Shown: positions 18,923 through 28,615 of the stretch, piece after piece | Layout of the letters: each line of letters begins with the position of its first letter | Position numbering within the stretch: the stretch's first letter is position 1 | Origin: Vicinamibacteria bacterium | GTDB taxonomy: Bacteria; Acidobacteriota; Vicinamibacteria; Fen-336 | DNA: 64,000 nt | Direction of reading: 5' to 3' | Assembly: GCA_041481445.1 (NCBI GenBank) | Contig: JBGPBV010000015.1 | Span: forward strand, 11,062-75,061 | Position numbers and translations under genes: made by a program | Notes under the pieces: generated by a model | Told to the model about the DNA's origin: nothing | The model's database searches: none | The model's input: the letters and a program-made list of their open reading frames with translations, nothing else

Positions 18923-20217
18923 GACGCGAGACCATCGCCATCCATGGCGGCTACGAGGTCGATCCAACGACGAAGGCCGTTGCCGTGCCGATCTATCAGA
19001 CCGTCGCCTATGCGTTCGACAACGCCGACCATGGGGCGGCCCTGTTCAATCTCGAGGTCGAGGGATATCGCTACACCCGCATCGGCAACCCGACGACGGC
19101 GGTGCTGGAGCGGCGCGTGGCCGCCCTCGAAGGAGGACTGGAAGCGTTGTGTGTGTGCTCGGGACAGGCGGCGGTCCACTACGCGACGCTCAACGTGACC
19201 GGTCTGGGCAGCAATATCGTCTCCGTTCCACAGCTCTACGGCACCACCCACACCCTGTTCGCCCACCTTCTGCCCAATCAGGGAGTCACCGTCCGCTTCG
19301 CGGCGTCGGATCGTCCCGACGCCATCGAGAAGCTGATCGACGACCAGACGCGCGCCGTCTTCTGCGAAAGCGTCGGCAATCCCGCGGGGAACATCTGCGA
19401 CATCGAGGCCCTGGCTCGCGTGGCCCACGAGCACGGCGTGCCCCTCATCGTCGACAACACGGTCGCCACCCCGATTCTGCTGCGGCCGATCGAATACGGC
19501 GCCGACGTCGTGGTGCATTCGCTCACGAAGTTCATGGGCGGGCACGGCACGACGCTCGGCGGCGCCATCGTCGACAGCGGCCGGTTTCCCTGGAAGGAGC
19601 ACGCGCGACGCTTCCCGATGTTCAGCCGGCCGGACCCGTCGTACCACGACCTGGTCTATACCGACCATTTCAAGGAGGCGGCGTACATCGGGCGCTGCCG
19701 CAGCGTGTATCAGCGGACGACGGGATCGGTGCTGTCGCCCCTCAGCGCGTTCCTGCTGCTGCAAGGCATCGAGACGGTTGCCCTGCGGGTCGGCCGCCAT
19801 GTGGAGAACGGCAGGGCGGTGGCGGAATTCCTGGGCAAGGATCGGCGAGTGGAGTGGGTCAACTACGCCGGCTTCCCGGAGAATGCCTTTCATGCGCTCG
19901 CCCTGAAGTATCTCGGCGGCCGGGCCTGTTCTCTCATGACCTTCGGAGTCAAGGGAGGATTCGAAGCCGGCCAGAAGTTCTACGACGCGCTCAAGCTGAT
20001 CAAGCGCCTCGTCAATCTGGGCGACGCCAAGTCATTGGCCTGCCATCCCGCGTCCACCACGCATCGACAAATGTCCGCGGACGAGCAACGCCGCGCCGGC
20101 GTGACGCCGGAAACGATCCGGCTCAGCGTCGGCATCGAACACATCGACGACATCATCGGCGACCTGGACCAGGCGCTCGATGCGATGGAATCAGCTCCGC
20201 AAGGTGAGGTCCCATGA
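18919..20217 (+). CDS. MetY/MetZ-family PLP enzyme (O-acyl-homoserine sulfhydrylase / gamma-replacement family)
   Basis: MRRETIAIHGGYEVDP..., YTRIGNPT, and HSLTKFMGGHGTTLGGAIVD with the PLP lysine. ATG overlaps the decarboxylase stop. Confidence 0.85.
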   Translation: MRRETIAIHGGYEVDPTTKAVAVPIYQTVAYAFDNADHGAALFNLEVEGYRYTRIGNPTTAVLERRVAALEGGLEALCVCSGQAAVHYATLNVTGLGSNIVSVPQLYGTTHTLFAHLLPNQGVTVRFAASDRPDAIEKLIDDQTRAVFCESVGNPAGNICDIEALARVAHEHGVPLIVDNTVATPILLRPIEYGADVVVHSLTKFMGGHGTTLGGAIVDSGRFPWKEHARRFPMFSRPDPSYHDLVYTDHFKEAAYIGRCRSVYQRTTGSVLSPLSAFLLLQGIETVALRVGRHVENGRAVAEFLGKDRRVEWVNYAGFPENAFHALALKYLGGRACSLMTFGVKGGFEAGQKFYDALKLIKRLVNLGDAKSLACHPASTTHRQMSADEQRRAGVTPETIRLSVGIEHIDDIIGDLDQALDAMESAPQGEVP

Positions 20218-21254
20218 TCACCGAACGCCGATCATCTTCAGGTCTCGCGACGTTGGGGCCGGCGCGGCGTGGGCGCGGCCAGGCGCCGACGGGATTTCGC
20301 GGATCCGATCCGAATTGCATCGACATCGGGCTCATGAACAACATGCCTGATGCGGCGCTCGATGCCACGGAACGGCAGTTCCGCGCGCTGCTCGGAGCGG
20401 CGGCGAAGGACATCGTCGTACGCCTGACCCTCTACACGCTGCCGGAGGTTCCTCGCACCGAGTTCGGCCGGCGGCAGGTGAGCAGCTATTCCAACTTCGA
20501 TGAGCTGTGGGACCGCCATCACGACGGTCTCATCGTGACCGGGACGGAGCCGCGGGCGGCGGATCTCAAGGACGAGCCGTTCTGGGGCAGCCTGACCCGC
20601 GTTCTGGAGTGGGCCGAGGGCAACACGCACTCGACGATCCTCTCTTGTCTGGCCGCGCACGCGGGCATTCTCCACATCGATGGCATCGCGAGACGCCCGC
20701 TAGGCGACAAGCGCTTCGGCGTGTTCGAGTGTGTGCGCGTTTCGGATCATCCGCTGACGGCCGCCGCTCCGAGTCGCCTGCAGATGCCGCATTCCCGGTG
20801 GAACGAGATCCCCGAGGAAGCCCTGCTGGCGTGCGGCTATCGTGTCCTCACGCGGTCAGAAGACGCGGGGGTCGACGCCTTCGTGAAGCAGCGCAAGAGC
20901 TTGTTCGTCTTCTTCCAGGGTCATCCCGAATATGAGGCCACTACGTTGCTGCTGGAATATCGCCGGGATATCGGGCGGTTCCTCAGGGGAGAGAGAGACA
21001 CATATCCTCCCCTGCCGCAAGGCTACTTCGACGAAGAAACGGTGCACGCACTGACCACCCTGCGAGAGCGAGCACTCTCGGACCGCCGCGAGGAGCTGCT
21101 TGCCGAGTTCCCGATTGCCATGGCGGCCGGCAAGGTCACGAACAACTGGCGATCGACCGCGGAAGGCCTCTATCGCAATTGGTTGCTGTATATCTGCGCG
21201 GCAAAGAAGCAAAGCTGCGCGCGAGATGGAAGTCGCAAACGGCAATCGGTGTGA
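20214..21254 (+). CDS. MetA-family homoserine O-acyltransferase (O-succinyl/acetyl)
   Basis: [22 protein letters not shown], and [11 protein letters not shown] motifs of the MetA family. ATGA overlap with the MetY-like gene. Confidence 0.8.
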   Translation: MITERRSSSGLATLGPARRGRGQAPTGFRGSDPNCIDIGLMNNMPDAALDATERQFRALLGAAAKDIVVRLTLYTLPEVPRTEFGRRQVSSYSNFDELWDRHHDGLIVTGTEPRAADLKDEPFWGSLTRVLEWAEGNTHSTILSCLAAHAGILHIDGIARRPLGDKRFGVFECVRVSDHPLTAAAPSRLQMPHSRWNEIPEEALLACGYRVLTRSEDAGVDAFVKQRKSLFVFFQGHPEYEATTLLLEYRRDIGRFLRGERDTYPPLPQGYFDEETVHALTTLRERALSDRREELLAEFPIAMAAGKVTNNWRSTAEGLYRNWLLYICAAKKQSCARDGSRKRQSV

Positions 21255-22408
21255 GAGGGAGAGTGCCGGTGATATGGGGCCTGTCGACCTTGCTCGTCAC
21301 CGGGCTTCTCGCCGCCTGTTCCAGCCCTGAAGCCAAGGTCGCCGGCACTTGGAGCCCGAAGGCCGCTGCCGCCTACCTCGATGAACGAGCAGACTGGTGG
21401 ATGGGATGGCAGGGGGCGGCCCGTGACCATGGGACTTGTTGCGTCTCATGCCATACGGCGCTGCCGTACGCCCTCTCTCGCGCCGCCCTCCGGAAGGCGC
21501 TGGCGGATGACGCTCTTTCCAACAACGAACGGAGACTCCTGGACAACGTCACGAAGCGTGTGCGCCTTTGGAAAGAGGTCGGACCCTACTACGGCGATCG
21601 TGACGGCAGCGCTTCCAAAGCCACCGAATCCCGCGGAACCGAAGCCGTCCTCAATGCCTTGATCCTCGTCTACCATGACGCTCAGAACGGCCGATTCAGC
21701 GAGGATACGCGAACCTCACTGGACAACATGTGGGCGCAGCAGGAGACGACGGGCGATCAAGGGGGTGCGTGGCCCTGGCTTCAGTTCGGTTTGAGCCCCT
21801 GGGAAGGAAGAGACTCCCAGTACTATGGAGCCGCACTTGCCGCGCTCGCGGTGGGCACGGCTCCAGGGCATTACCGTTCGAGCGCCGCGATACAGGGCAA
21901 CGTGGAGCGCTTGCGCTCGTATCTGGACCGCGAATACCCAAAGCAGCCTTTATCCAATCGCGTGGTCCTTCTGTGGGCTTCGACGAAATGGTCAGGGCTC
22001 CTCGAGAAAGAACGTGAAGAGTCTCTCGTCGCCGAACTTCTCGGGGAGCAGCGATCAGACGGAGGCTGGAGCCTCTCTTCACTGGCCAGGTCGCGGAGAG
22101 GTTCAACTCTGCGTTCCTATGTTCGGTCGTGGATACGAGACGATCGGACGCTGGTGGAGACGAAGAGTGACGGCTGTGCCACCGGCCTGGTCGCGTTCGT
22201 CCTGTTGGAGACCGACATGCCTCGCGAGAATGTCCAGCTTCAGGAGGGTCTATCCTGGTTGGTGGCCAATCAGGACAAAACCGAAGGCTCTTGGCCGGCC
22301 TACTCTCTCAACCGGCGACGCGATCCATCCTCCAATATCGGTCGCTTCATGAGTGACGCGGCGACGGGCTACGCCGTGCTCGCGCTCACTCGAGCCAACC
22401 GTTTTTGA
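21251..22408 (+). CDS. Lipoprotein with prenyltransferase/terpene-cyclase-like QW repeats and a single CXXCH motif
   Basis: Signal peptide with lipobox (LLAAC). QW-type motifs [34 protein letters not shown] at 21437-21454. Confidence 0.55.
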   Translation: MRGRVPVIWGLSTLLVTGLLAACSSPEAKVAGTWSPKAAAAYLDERADWWMGWQGAARDHGTCCVSCHTALPYALSRAALRKALADDALSNNERRLLDNVTKRVRLWKEVGPYYGDRDGSASKATESRGTEAVLNALILVYHDAQNGRFSEDTRTSLDNMWAQQETTGDQGGAWPWLQFGLSPWEGRDSQYYGAALAALAVGTAPGHYRSSAAIQGNVERLRSYLDREYPKQPLSNRVVLLWASTKWSGLLEKEREESLVAELLGEQRSDGGWSLSSLARSRRGSTLRSYVRSWIRDDRTLVETKSDGCATGLVAFVLLETDMPRENVQLQEGLSWLVANQDKTEGSWPAYSLNRRRDPSSNIGRFMSDAATGYAVLALTRANRF

Positions 22409-22496
22409 ATCAACGCGAGCGTTGTCCGGAGCCCCCGGCGCCGAGGACAACCTACGGCGTCGCGCGGGGACCACAGCCGGCCTGAAGGAGGAGGGA

Positions 22497-23888
22497 ATGT
22501 TGCGGACCGCCGCCGAGCTCGTCAGGGCCGATCAGGAGCATCTGATCCACCCGCTGCACCATCCCGTCGACAACTCGAACACGATCGTCTACGTCCGTGG
22601 GCGCGGCGTCACCGTCCAGGACATTGACGGGCACGAGTACATGGACGGGCTCTCCGGCCTCTGGAACGTGAACGTGGGACACGGTCGCGCCGAGCTGGCG
22701 GAGGCGGCCGCGGCGCAGATGAAAGAGCTCGCCTACTTCTCCGGCTTCGTGGGCTCGTCGAACATCCCGTCGATCACGTTGGCGGAACGCCTCCTGGAAA
22801 TCACCGACCACACCATGCAGGCGGTCTTTCTGACGTCGGGCGGCGCGGAGGCGAACGAGTCGGCATTCAAGACCGCGCGCTTCTTCTGGAAAGCGCGCGG
22901 CAAGCCCGACAAGGTGAAGATCATTGCCCGCGACCAGGCATACCACGGGCTCACGCTCCAGACGATGAGCGCCACCGGGATGGGCGGCGACTACTGGAAG
23001 ATGTTCGAGCCGCGCGTGCCGGGGTTCCTTCACATCCAGACGTGTTATCCGTATCGATACCAGGGGGCGAAGCCCGGCGAGAGCGTGGGCCAGGCCGCAG
23101 CCAGGGAGCTGGAGGAGGCAATCCTCCGCGAGGGCCCCGACACGATTGCCGCCTTCGTCGGAGAGCCAATCCACGGCGCGGGTGGCGTGTTCTACCCGAC
23201 CGACGACTACTGGCCGCGCGTGCGCGAAGTCTGCACGCGCCATGACGTGCTGCTGATCGACGACGAGATCATCACCGGCTTCTGCCGCACCGGACGCTGG
23301 TTCGGCCTCTCGCATTGGAACGTGACGCCGGACATCCTGTCCTTCGCGAAGGGGGTCACGTCCGGTTACCTGCCGCTCGGCGGGATCATGGTGACCCGCG
23401 CGATCAAGGAGGTCATGGACTCGGTCAAGCCCGACGACCGGTGGATGCATGCGTACACGAACTCGGGCCACCCCACCTGTTGCGCGGTCGCGGTGAAGAA
23501 CATCGAGATCCTGCAGCGCGAGCGGCTCTGGGAGAACGCGGCGACGATGGGCCGGCGACTGCAGGCCGGTCTCAAGGCGGCGTTCGGCGATCACCCGAAC
23601 ACGGGCGACATCCGGAGCGGGAAGGGGCTGCTGGCGGCGGTGGAGTTCGTGGAGGATCGAGCGACCAGGAAGAACTTCGCGAAGATCCTGAAGATCGCCG
23701 CGCGCCTCAAGGCCGAGATGATGAAGCGTGGAGTGATCACGCGCACGCGACCCGCGGTCGGTGCCGATCCCGCACCTGGTGACATCCTCTTCTTCGCGCC
23801 CCCACTCGTCGTCACCGAGGCGGAGATCGACCGGTTGGTCAGCGTGGCGCGCGACGCCGTCGAGGTCGTGCTTGGCGCCCCGCGTTAG
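22497..23888 (+). CDS. Class III (omega) aminotransferase
   Basis: GGAGG 7 nt upstream. SGLWNVNVGHGR resembles the omega-TA substrate loop. DDEIITGFCRTGRWFG and the PLP-lysine region SFAKGVTSGYLPLGG. Confidence 0.8.
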   Translation: MLRTAAELVRADQEHLIHPLHHPVDNSNTIVYVRGRGVTVQDIDGHEYMDGLSGLWNVNVGHGRAELAEAAAAQMKELAYFSGFVGSSNIPSITLAERLLEITDHTMQAVFLTSGGAEANESAFKTARFFWKARGKPDKVKIIARDQAYHGLTLQTMSATGMGGDYWKMFEPRVPGFLHIQTCYPYRYQGAKPGESVGQAAARELEEAILREGPDTIAAFVGEPIHGAGGVFYPTDDYWPRVREVCTRHDVLLIDDEIITGFCRTGRWFGLSHWNVTPDILSFAKGVTSGYLPLGGIMVTRAIKEVMDSVKPDDRWMHAYTNSGHPTCCAVAVKNIEILQRERLWENAATMGRRLQAGLKAAFGDHPNTGDIRSGKGLLAAVEFVEDRATRKNFAKILKIAARLKAEMMKRGVITRTRPAVGADPAPGDILFFAPPLVVTEAEIDRLVSVARDAVEVVLGAPR

Positions 23889-23907
23889 TGGCGAGCTTCG
23901 ATCAGCC

Positions 23908-24924
23908 GTGACGATCGACTTCCGGGCGACCACTCCGTGTGAAGCTGCGGCGCTCTCGGACGTCCTGGGACGGATGTTCCAGCCCGCGGGGGCTTCGTTC
24001 CCGGCCGACAAGCACATGGTATGGAAGTACTGGTCGGCCCGCCCAGACTGGGCGGGTTCGCGCAGTTTCACCGCCCGGCATGACGGCGCCATCGTGGCGC
24101 ACGCCGCGGCGTGGCCGGTGCGCGTGTGCGTTCCCGGTCAGGTAGTCCCTGCGGTGCATTTGATCGACTGGGCGGCGGATCCGGAGCATCCAGGAGCGGG
24201 CATCTGGCTCCTGCGGCGGATCGGCGCCAAGGTACCCTTGATGATCGCAACCGGCGGCAGCGAGATCGCGCGGCGTATCCTCCCCGTCATCGGTTTCCGT
24301 CCACACGGCGAGCTTTACAAGTTTGCCCGCCCGGTGCGTCCGCTGCGGCAGGCGTTGACCACGACGGAGAGAAATTGGAGACTCCCTGCGCGATTGCTGC
24401 GGAATACCTTCCGGCGCCTGTCGTCGCCGCTGTCGCTTCCGCGCGGATGGTCGGCACTGCCGCTGGCCCCGGAAGAGGTTCCGCAGGGGTTGTGGCCTCA
24501 GCCTTCTCCCGCCACCGCCGTAACCGCGCGGGACACAGGCTTCTACCGGTATTTCGTGGATTCTCCCTCTACTCGGCACGTGCTGTTCGGCTTGGAGAAG
24601 AGCCGCGAGCTGGTCGGGTACTTCTGTCTCGCTTTCGCGCCGCAGGTGGCGCGCATCGCGGATCTCTGGCTGCCCTCCACGAAGATCGAAGACTGGTGCG
24701 CCGGCTTCCGGACCGCGGCGGTCCTGGCCGCTCGTGAAGAGGGGGTCTGCCAAGTATCGGCCTGGGCCTCGACCGCAGTGGGCAAGGAAGGGCTTTTTCG
24801 CGCCGGCTTCTACCGGCTGCGCGAGCGCGAAGCGGTGAGCCTTTTCGGCGATGACAAGTTCTTGGAGGGGCGGCAGCTGCACGTGCAGATGCTCGACTGT
24901 GATGCCAGTTTCGTGTCCGCCTAG
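23908..24924 (+). CDS. Hypothetical protein (possible GNAT-like acyltransferase)
   Basis: Non-repetitive coding-like composition fills the aminotransferase-to-kinase gap. No confident family match. GTG start assumed. Confidence 0.35.
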   Translation: MTIDFRATTPCEAAALSDVLGRMFQPAGASFPADKHMVWKYWSARPDWAGSRSFTARHDGAIVAHAAAWPVRVCVPGQVVPAVHLIDWAADPEHPGAGIWLLRRIGAKVPLMIATGGSEIARRILPVIGFRPHGELYKFARPVRPLRQALTTTERNWRLPARLLRNTFRRLSSPLSLPRGWSALPLAPEEVPQGLWPQPSPATAVTARDTGFYRYFVDSPSTRHVLFGLEKSRELVGYFCLAFAPQVARIADLWLPSTKIEDWCAGFRTAAVLAAREEGVCQVSAWASTAVGKEGLFRAGFYRLREREAVSLFGDDKFLEGRQLHVQMLDCDASFVSA

Positions 24925-24991
24925 GCTGTGTCCTGCCTGACCCGAGATGCGTGTCGACCGGAACCCTCGTCAACGCAGTGGGGGCCAATGA

Positions 24992-27568
24992 ATGAGCGCC
25001 CGGCGGCTTAGGCGGCGATCGGTCTCGCGCTCGGCGCGGTTGGGTCGGACGCCGCGCCCGGCCGAGCGGCCGGCGCCGGCGCGGCCGCGGCTCGAGGTCT
25101 GGAAGCTGGGCGGGGCGTCGCTCGCCGACGCCAGCGCCGTGCGCCGGGCCGTCGGGCTCGTGCAGAGGCACCCCGGCGACCTCGTCGTCGTCGTCTCCGC
25201 TCTCAAGGGCGTCACCGATGGGCTGCTCGAAGGCGCCCATCGCTCCGCTTCCGGAGACGTGGTTGCGGCCAGCGCCCAGGCGGCGGCGTTCCTGCGCCGG
25301 CACCGCGCGCTCGTCCTGGACCTGGTCGCGCCCGGGCCGGATCGCCGCCGTCTCCTGTCCGAGGCCGACCGGGCGGCCCGCGAGTACCGCGAGATCTGCC
25401 GGGCGGTGGCCACCCTCGGCCACCTCTCGCCCCGGACGAGCGACGTCCTCGTCTGCCGCGGCGAGCGCGTGGCCGCGGCGGTCGTCGCCGCGACGCTCTC
25501 TGCGGCCGGCCGCGCGGCGGCGCGGGTGGACGCGCTCGACGTCGTATCCACCGACGGCCATCATGGCGCGGCGGCCCCGGACCTGGCCGCAACGCGCCGG
25601 CGCGCGCGGAAGGCCCTCCCGGCGCTCCTGCGACAGGGCATTACGCCGATCGTCCCCGGCTTCTTCGGCCGCGCCCCCGACGGGACCGTCGCCACGCTGG
25701 GCCGCGGCGGCACGGACCTGACGGCTACCCTTCTCGGCCGCGTCCTCGGCGCCTCGCGCGTGGTCCTGTGGAAGGGCGTACCGGGCATCCTCACCGCGGA
25801 CCCCGGCCACGTCGCGGATGCGCGGCTCATCCCTCAGCTCCACTACCGCGAGGCGGCGGAGGTCGCGTACTTCGGCGCCAAGGTCCTGCATCCGCGCGCT
25901 CTCATCCCGCTCGACGGGAGCCGGGTGCGGCTCCACGTGCGGTCCTTCCTGAGTCCCGAAGCTCCGGGCACCGAGGTGTCCGCCCGGCGCACGCTGAACC
26001 GCTACCCGGTGAAGGGCCTGGCCGTCGAGGCCTCGCAGGCCCTCGTCACCGTCGCCGGCAAGGGCATGATGGGCATGCCCGGCATCGCCGCCCGCACCTT
26101 CGGCGCGATCCACGGCGAGGGCATCTCCGTCTCGACGATCTTCCAGGCCTCCTCGGAGAACTCGATCGGCTTCACCCTCTCCGAGGGGGACGCGCCGCGG
26201 GCGGTGGAAGCCTTGCGCCGCGTCTTCAAGGACGAGATCGCCTCCGGCCTCATCGACGGCGTGACCGCGCGCCCAGGCGTGGGCGTGGTGGCCGTGGTGG
26301 GAGAAGGCATGGCGGGGACCCCGGGCATCGCCGCCCGCGTGTTTACCGCCCTCGGCGGCGGCGGGGTCAACGTGTTGGCGATCGCCCAGGGCTCCTCCGA
26401 GCGGAACATCACCCTCGTCGTCGATCGCTCACAGCTGGCGGAGGCCGCGCGCCGGATCCACACCACGTTCCAGCTCGCGAAGATCGGCGGCGGGAAGAGC
26501 CCGGAGCCCCCGCGCACCGACGTGGTGCTGCTCGGCTTTGGCCATGTCGGGCGCGCGCTGGCCGCCCTCGCCGCGCGCAACGGCCACGCCGGGGTCAAGG
26601 TGGTGGGGCTCCTCGACCGCTCCGGCTACGTCTTCGATCCGCGGGGACTGTCCCGGTCTCGCCTCCTCAAGCTGGCCCGAGGCAAGGACCGCGGCACGCT
26701 GGTCGCCAACCTCGGCGGCGTGAAGGCGGACGCCGACGCCGCCCTGGCCCACATCGCCAACCATGCGGTGACGCGCCCGGTCGTGGTCGACGTGACGGCG
26801 GAGGAAACGGGCGACCTGCTCCTCAAGGCCGCGGGGCAGGGCTTCGACCTCGTGCTCGCCAACAAGAAGCCGCTGGCGGGACCCTTCGAAGACTACTCGC
26901 GCCTGCGGGCGGCGGTGCAGCGCTCCGGCCGCCGGCTGCGCTTCGAGGCCACGGTGGGCGCGGGGATGCCGATCCTCGACACGCACCTCAAGCTCGTGGA
27001 CAGCGGCGACCGCGTCCTGCGCGTCGAGGGCTGCCTCAGCGGCACCCTGGGCTACGTGCTGTCATCGGTTTCCGAAGGCAAGCCCTTTTCGGCCGCGGTG
27101 CGGGAGGCGGTGGCGCTCGGCTACGCCGAGCCCGATCCACGCGACGACCTCTCGGGCCGCGACGCCGGCCGCAAGGGCCTCATCCTCGGCCGGCTGCTCG
27201 GATACACCGGGCCGCCCCCCGTGGCCGAGGACCTGGTGCCGCCCGCGCTGAGGCAGGTGAAGCTCGACGAGTTCCTGGCGAAGCTCCCTACCCTCGACGA
27301 GGAGTGGCGGCAGCGGGTGGAGCTCGAGAAAAGCCGCGGCCGCGTGCTGCGTTACGTCGTGGTGGCGACACCCCGCAGCGTGCGCGCGCAGCTCGTCGCC
27401 GTGCCCGTCGACTCCGCCGTGGGCGCCCTGAGGGGCACGCGCAACCTCGTGTCCTTCACCACGCGGCGCTACCGGAGAGAGCCCCTCGTCATCACGGGAC
27501 CGGGGGCGGGACCGGAGGTGACGGCGGCCGGGATACTGAACGACCTGCACCATCTGGCGGTCACGTAG
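24992..27568 (+). CDS. Bifunctional aspartokinase / homoserine dehydrogenase
   Basis: LEVWKLGGASLAD aspartokinase N-terminus, two ACT-like regions, then VVLLGFGHVGRAL NAD-binding and homoserine dehydrogenase C-terminal domains. The N-terminal roughly 35 aa are Arg/Pro-rich, so the true start may be downstream. Confidence 0.8.
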   Translation: MSARRLRRRSVSRSARLGRTPRPAERPAPARPRLEVWKLGGASLADASAVRRAVGLVQRHPGDLVVVVSALKGVTDGLLEGAHRSASGDVVAASAQAAAFLRRHRALVLDLVAPGPDRRRLLSEADRAAREYREICRAVATLGHLSPRTSDVLVCRGERVAAAVVAATLSAAGRAAARVDALDVVSTDGHHGAAAPDLAATRRRARKALPALLRQGITPIVPGFFGRAPDGTVATLGRGGTDLTATLLGRVLGASRVVLWKGVPGILTADPGHVADARLIPQLHYREAAEVAYFGAKVLHPRALIPLDGSRVRLHVRSFLSPEAPGTEVSARRTLNRYPVKGLAVEASQALVTVAGKGMMGMPGIAARTFGAIHGEGISVSTIFQASSENSIGFTLSEGDAPRAVEALRRVFKDEIASGLIDGVTARPGVGVVAVVGEGMAGTPGIAARVFTALGGGGVNVLAIAQGSSERNITLVVDRSQLAEAARRIHTTFQLAKIGGGKSPEPPRTDVVLLGFGHVGRALAALAARNGHAGVKVVGLLDRSGYVFDPRGLSRSRLLKLARGKDRGTLVANLGGVKADADAALAHIANHAVTRPVVVDVTAEETGDLLLKAAGQGFDLVLANKKPLAGPFEDYSRLRAAVQRSGRRLRFEATVGAGMPILDTHLKLVDSGDRVLRVEGCLSGTLGYVLSSVSEGKPFSAAVREAVALGYAEPDPRDDLSGRDAGRKGLILGRLLGYTGPPPVAEDLVPPALRQVKLDEFLAKLPTLDEEWRQRVELEKSRGRVLRYVVVATPRSVRAQLVAVPVDSAVGALRGTRNLVSFTTRRYRREPLVITGPGAGPEVTAAGILNDLHHLAVT

Positions 27569-27582
27569 GGCGTTATACGGCC

Positions 27583-28590
27583 TCAGACACCCTTCCCCAT
27601 GGCCTTCAACACCGAATGCGGCACCATCAATGCCAGTCGTTCCAGCCACGCGCCTTCGAGTTGGGGAAGCAGGGTGCGTGCCTCATCGCGCCGATTCAGG
27701 TGAATCAAGTGCCGCAGCATTCTCCGCCTGCAGTCCGCAAGGACCGTTGCCACCTCGCCCCCGCGTACCTGCATGAACTCCGCGTCACGCGCCCACGTGC
27801 GCTTGATCAGCGTTATGCGCGCCTTGGCTGACTCGAATGGAGTGGCTTGCGTCAGCCGTGGACCGTCATGCGAGGACTGCAAAGCGGTGTCGACATCCAG
27901 GTACGCGCAGTCACGCGCGCGCGCAATGAGGGCGAAGCATTCCCAGTCCTCGTAGGTGGGCAGGTCCACCCCAAAATGCAGCGCGTCGCCCACGACAGAG
28001 CGACGCACGAGCAGGGTGTTGACATTGATATAATTGGCATGCAGCTCCTGTGCGTACATCGAGCCCACGTGCACTCGCACGGCCGCATCGGCCGGTGGCA
28101 GTGTCGCGGGCAGCGGCCAGCGTTCGGAGTAAAGTCGCCCCGGGGCCAGAATATCATCCCAGCTGCGCGTATCGCCACTCCAGCGCACCAGCCAATGTGG
28201 CACGATGCTGCCGTCTGGGAATAACTGGCCGAAGTCCGAGAAGCAAAACGCAAGTGCCCGATCGCTCTCCATCGGCGGGCGCGGCAGCGCCAGCCGATGC
28301 GGCAGCCAGACGTCGTCGGAGTCCGCGAAGGCGATGAGATCGTACCTGGCGGCGGCCACGCCCGTGTTGCGTGCGCGTCCTGCACCGCCGTTTGTCACTT
28401 GCAGGTAGCGCACGCGGCCATGCCAAGGACCGTTCGCGGTCCCCACCACCGCCGCCGTATCGTCGGTCGACCCATCGTCGACAACGATGATTTCATCGTT
28501 ATCGGCCATGGCCGCGACCACGCTTGCCAGCGCACGCGGCAGCAGCTCGGCACGGTTATAGGTCGGGATGACGATACTGATTGGTTCCAT
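27583..28590 (-). CDS. Glycosyltransferase family 2
   Basis: MEPISIVIPTYNRAELL, DEIIVVDDGSTDDT, and DSDD (DxD). Start chosen at the Met preceding the conserved SIVIPTYN. Confidence 0.7.
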   Translation of the reverse strand: MEPISIVIPTYNRAELLPRALASVVAAMADNDEIIVVDDGSTDDTAAVVGTANGPWHGRVRYLQVTNGGAGRARNTGVAAARYDLIAFADSDDVWLPHRLALPRPPMESDRALAFCFSDFGQLFPDGSIVPHWLVRWSGDTRSWDDILAPGRLYSERWPLPATLPPADAAVRVHVGSMYAQELHANYINVNTLLVRRSVVGDALHFGVDLPTYEDWECFALIARARDCAYLDVDTALQSSHDGPRLTQATPFESAKARITLIKRTWARDAEFMQVRGGEVATVLADCRRRMLRHLIHLNRRDEARTLLPQLEGAWLERLALMVPHSVLKAMGKGV

Positions 28591-28615
28591 GCGCAACTCT
28601 GCACGGCGAGCGACC

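Noticed and set aside
15612-18967. 641-aa and 477-aa minus-strand ORFs
   Set aside because: They are antisense to the FATP-like ligase and the PLP decarboxylase. Both plus-strand genes carry unmistakable catalytic motifs.
22452-24092. 546-aa minus-strand ORF
   Set aside because: It is antisense to the class-III aminotransferase.
24569-27831. 514-aa minus-strand ORF and 687-aa plus-strand alternate-frame ORF
   Set aside because: They overlap the aspartokinase/homoserine dehydrogenase gene in other frames. Their translations are Arg/Gly/Pro-rich with no domain signal.
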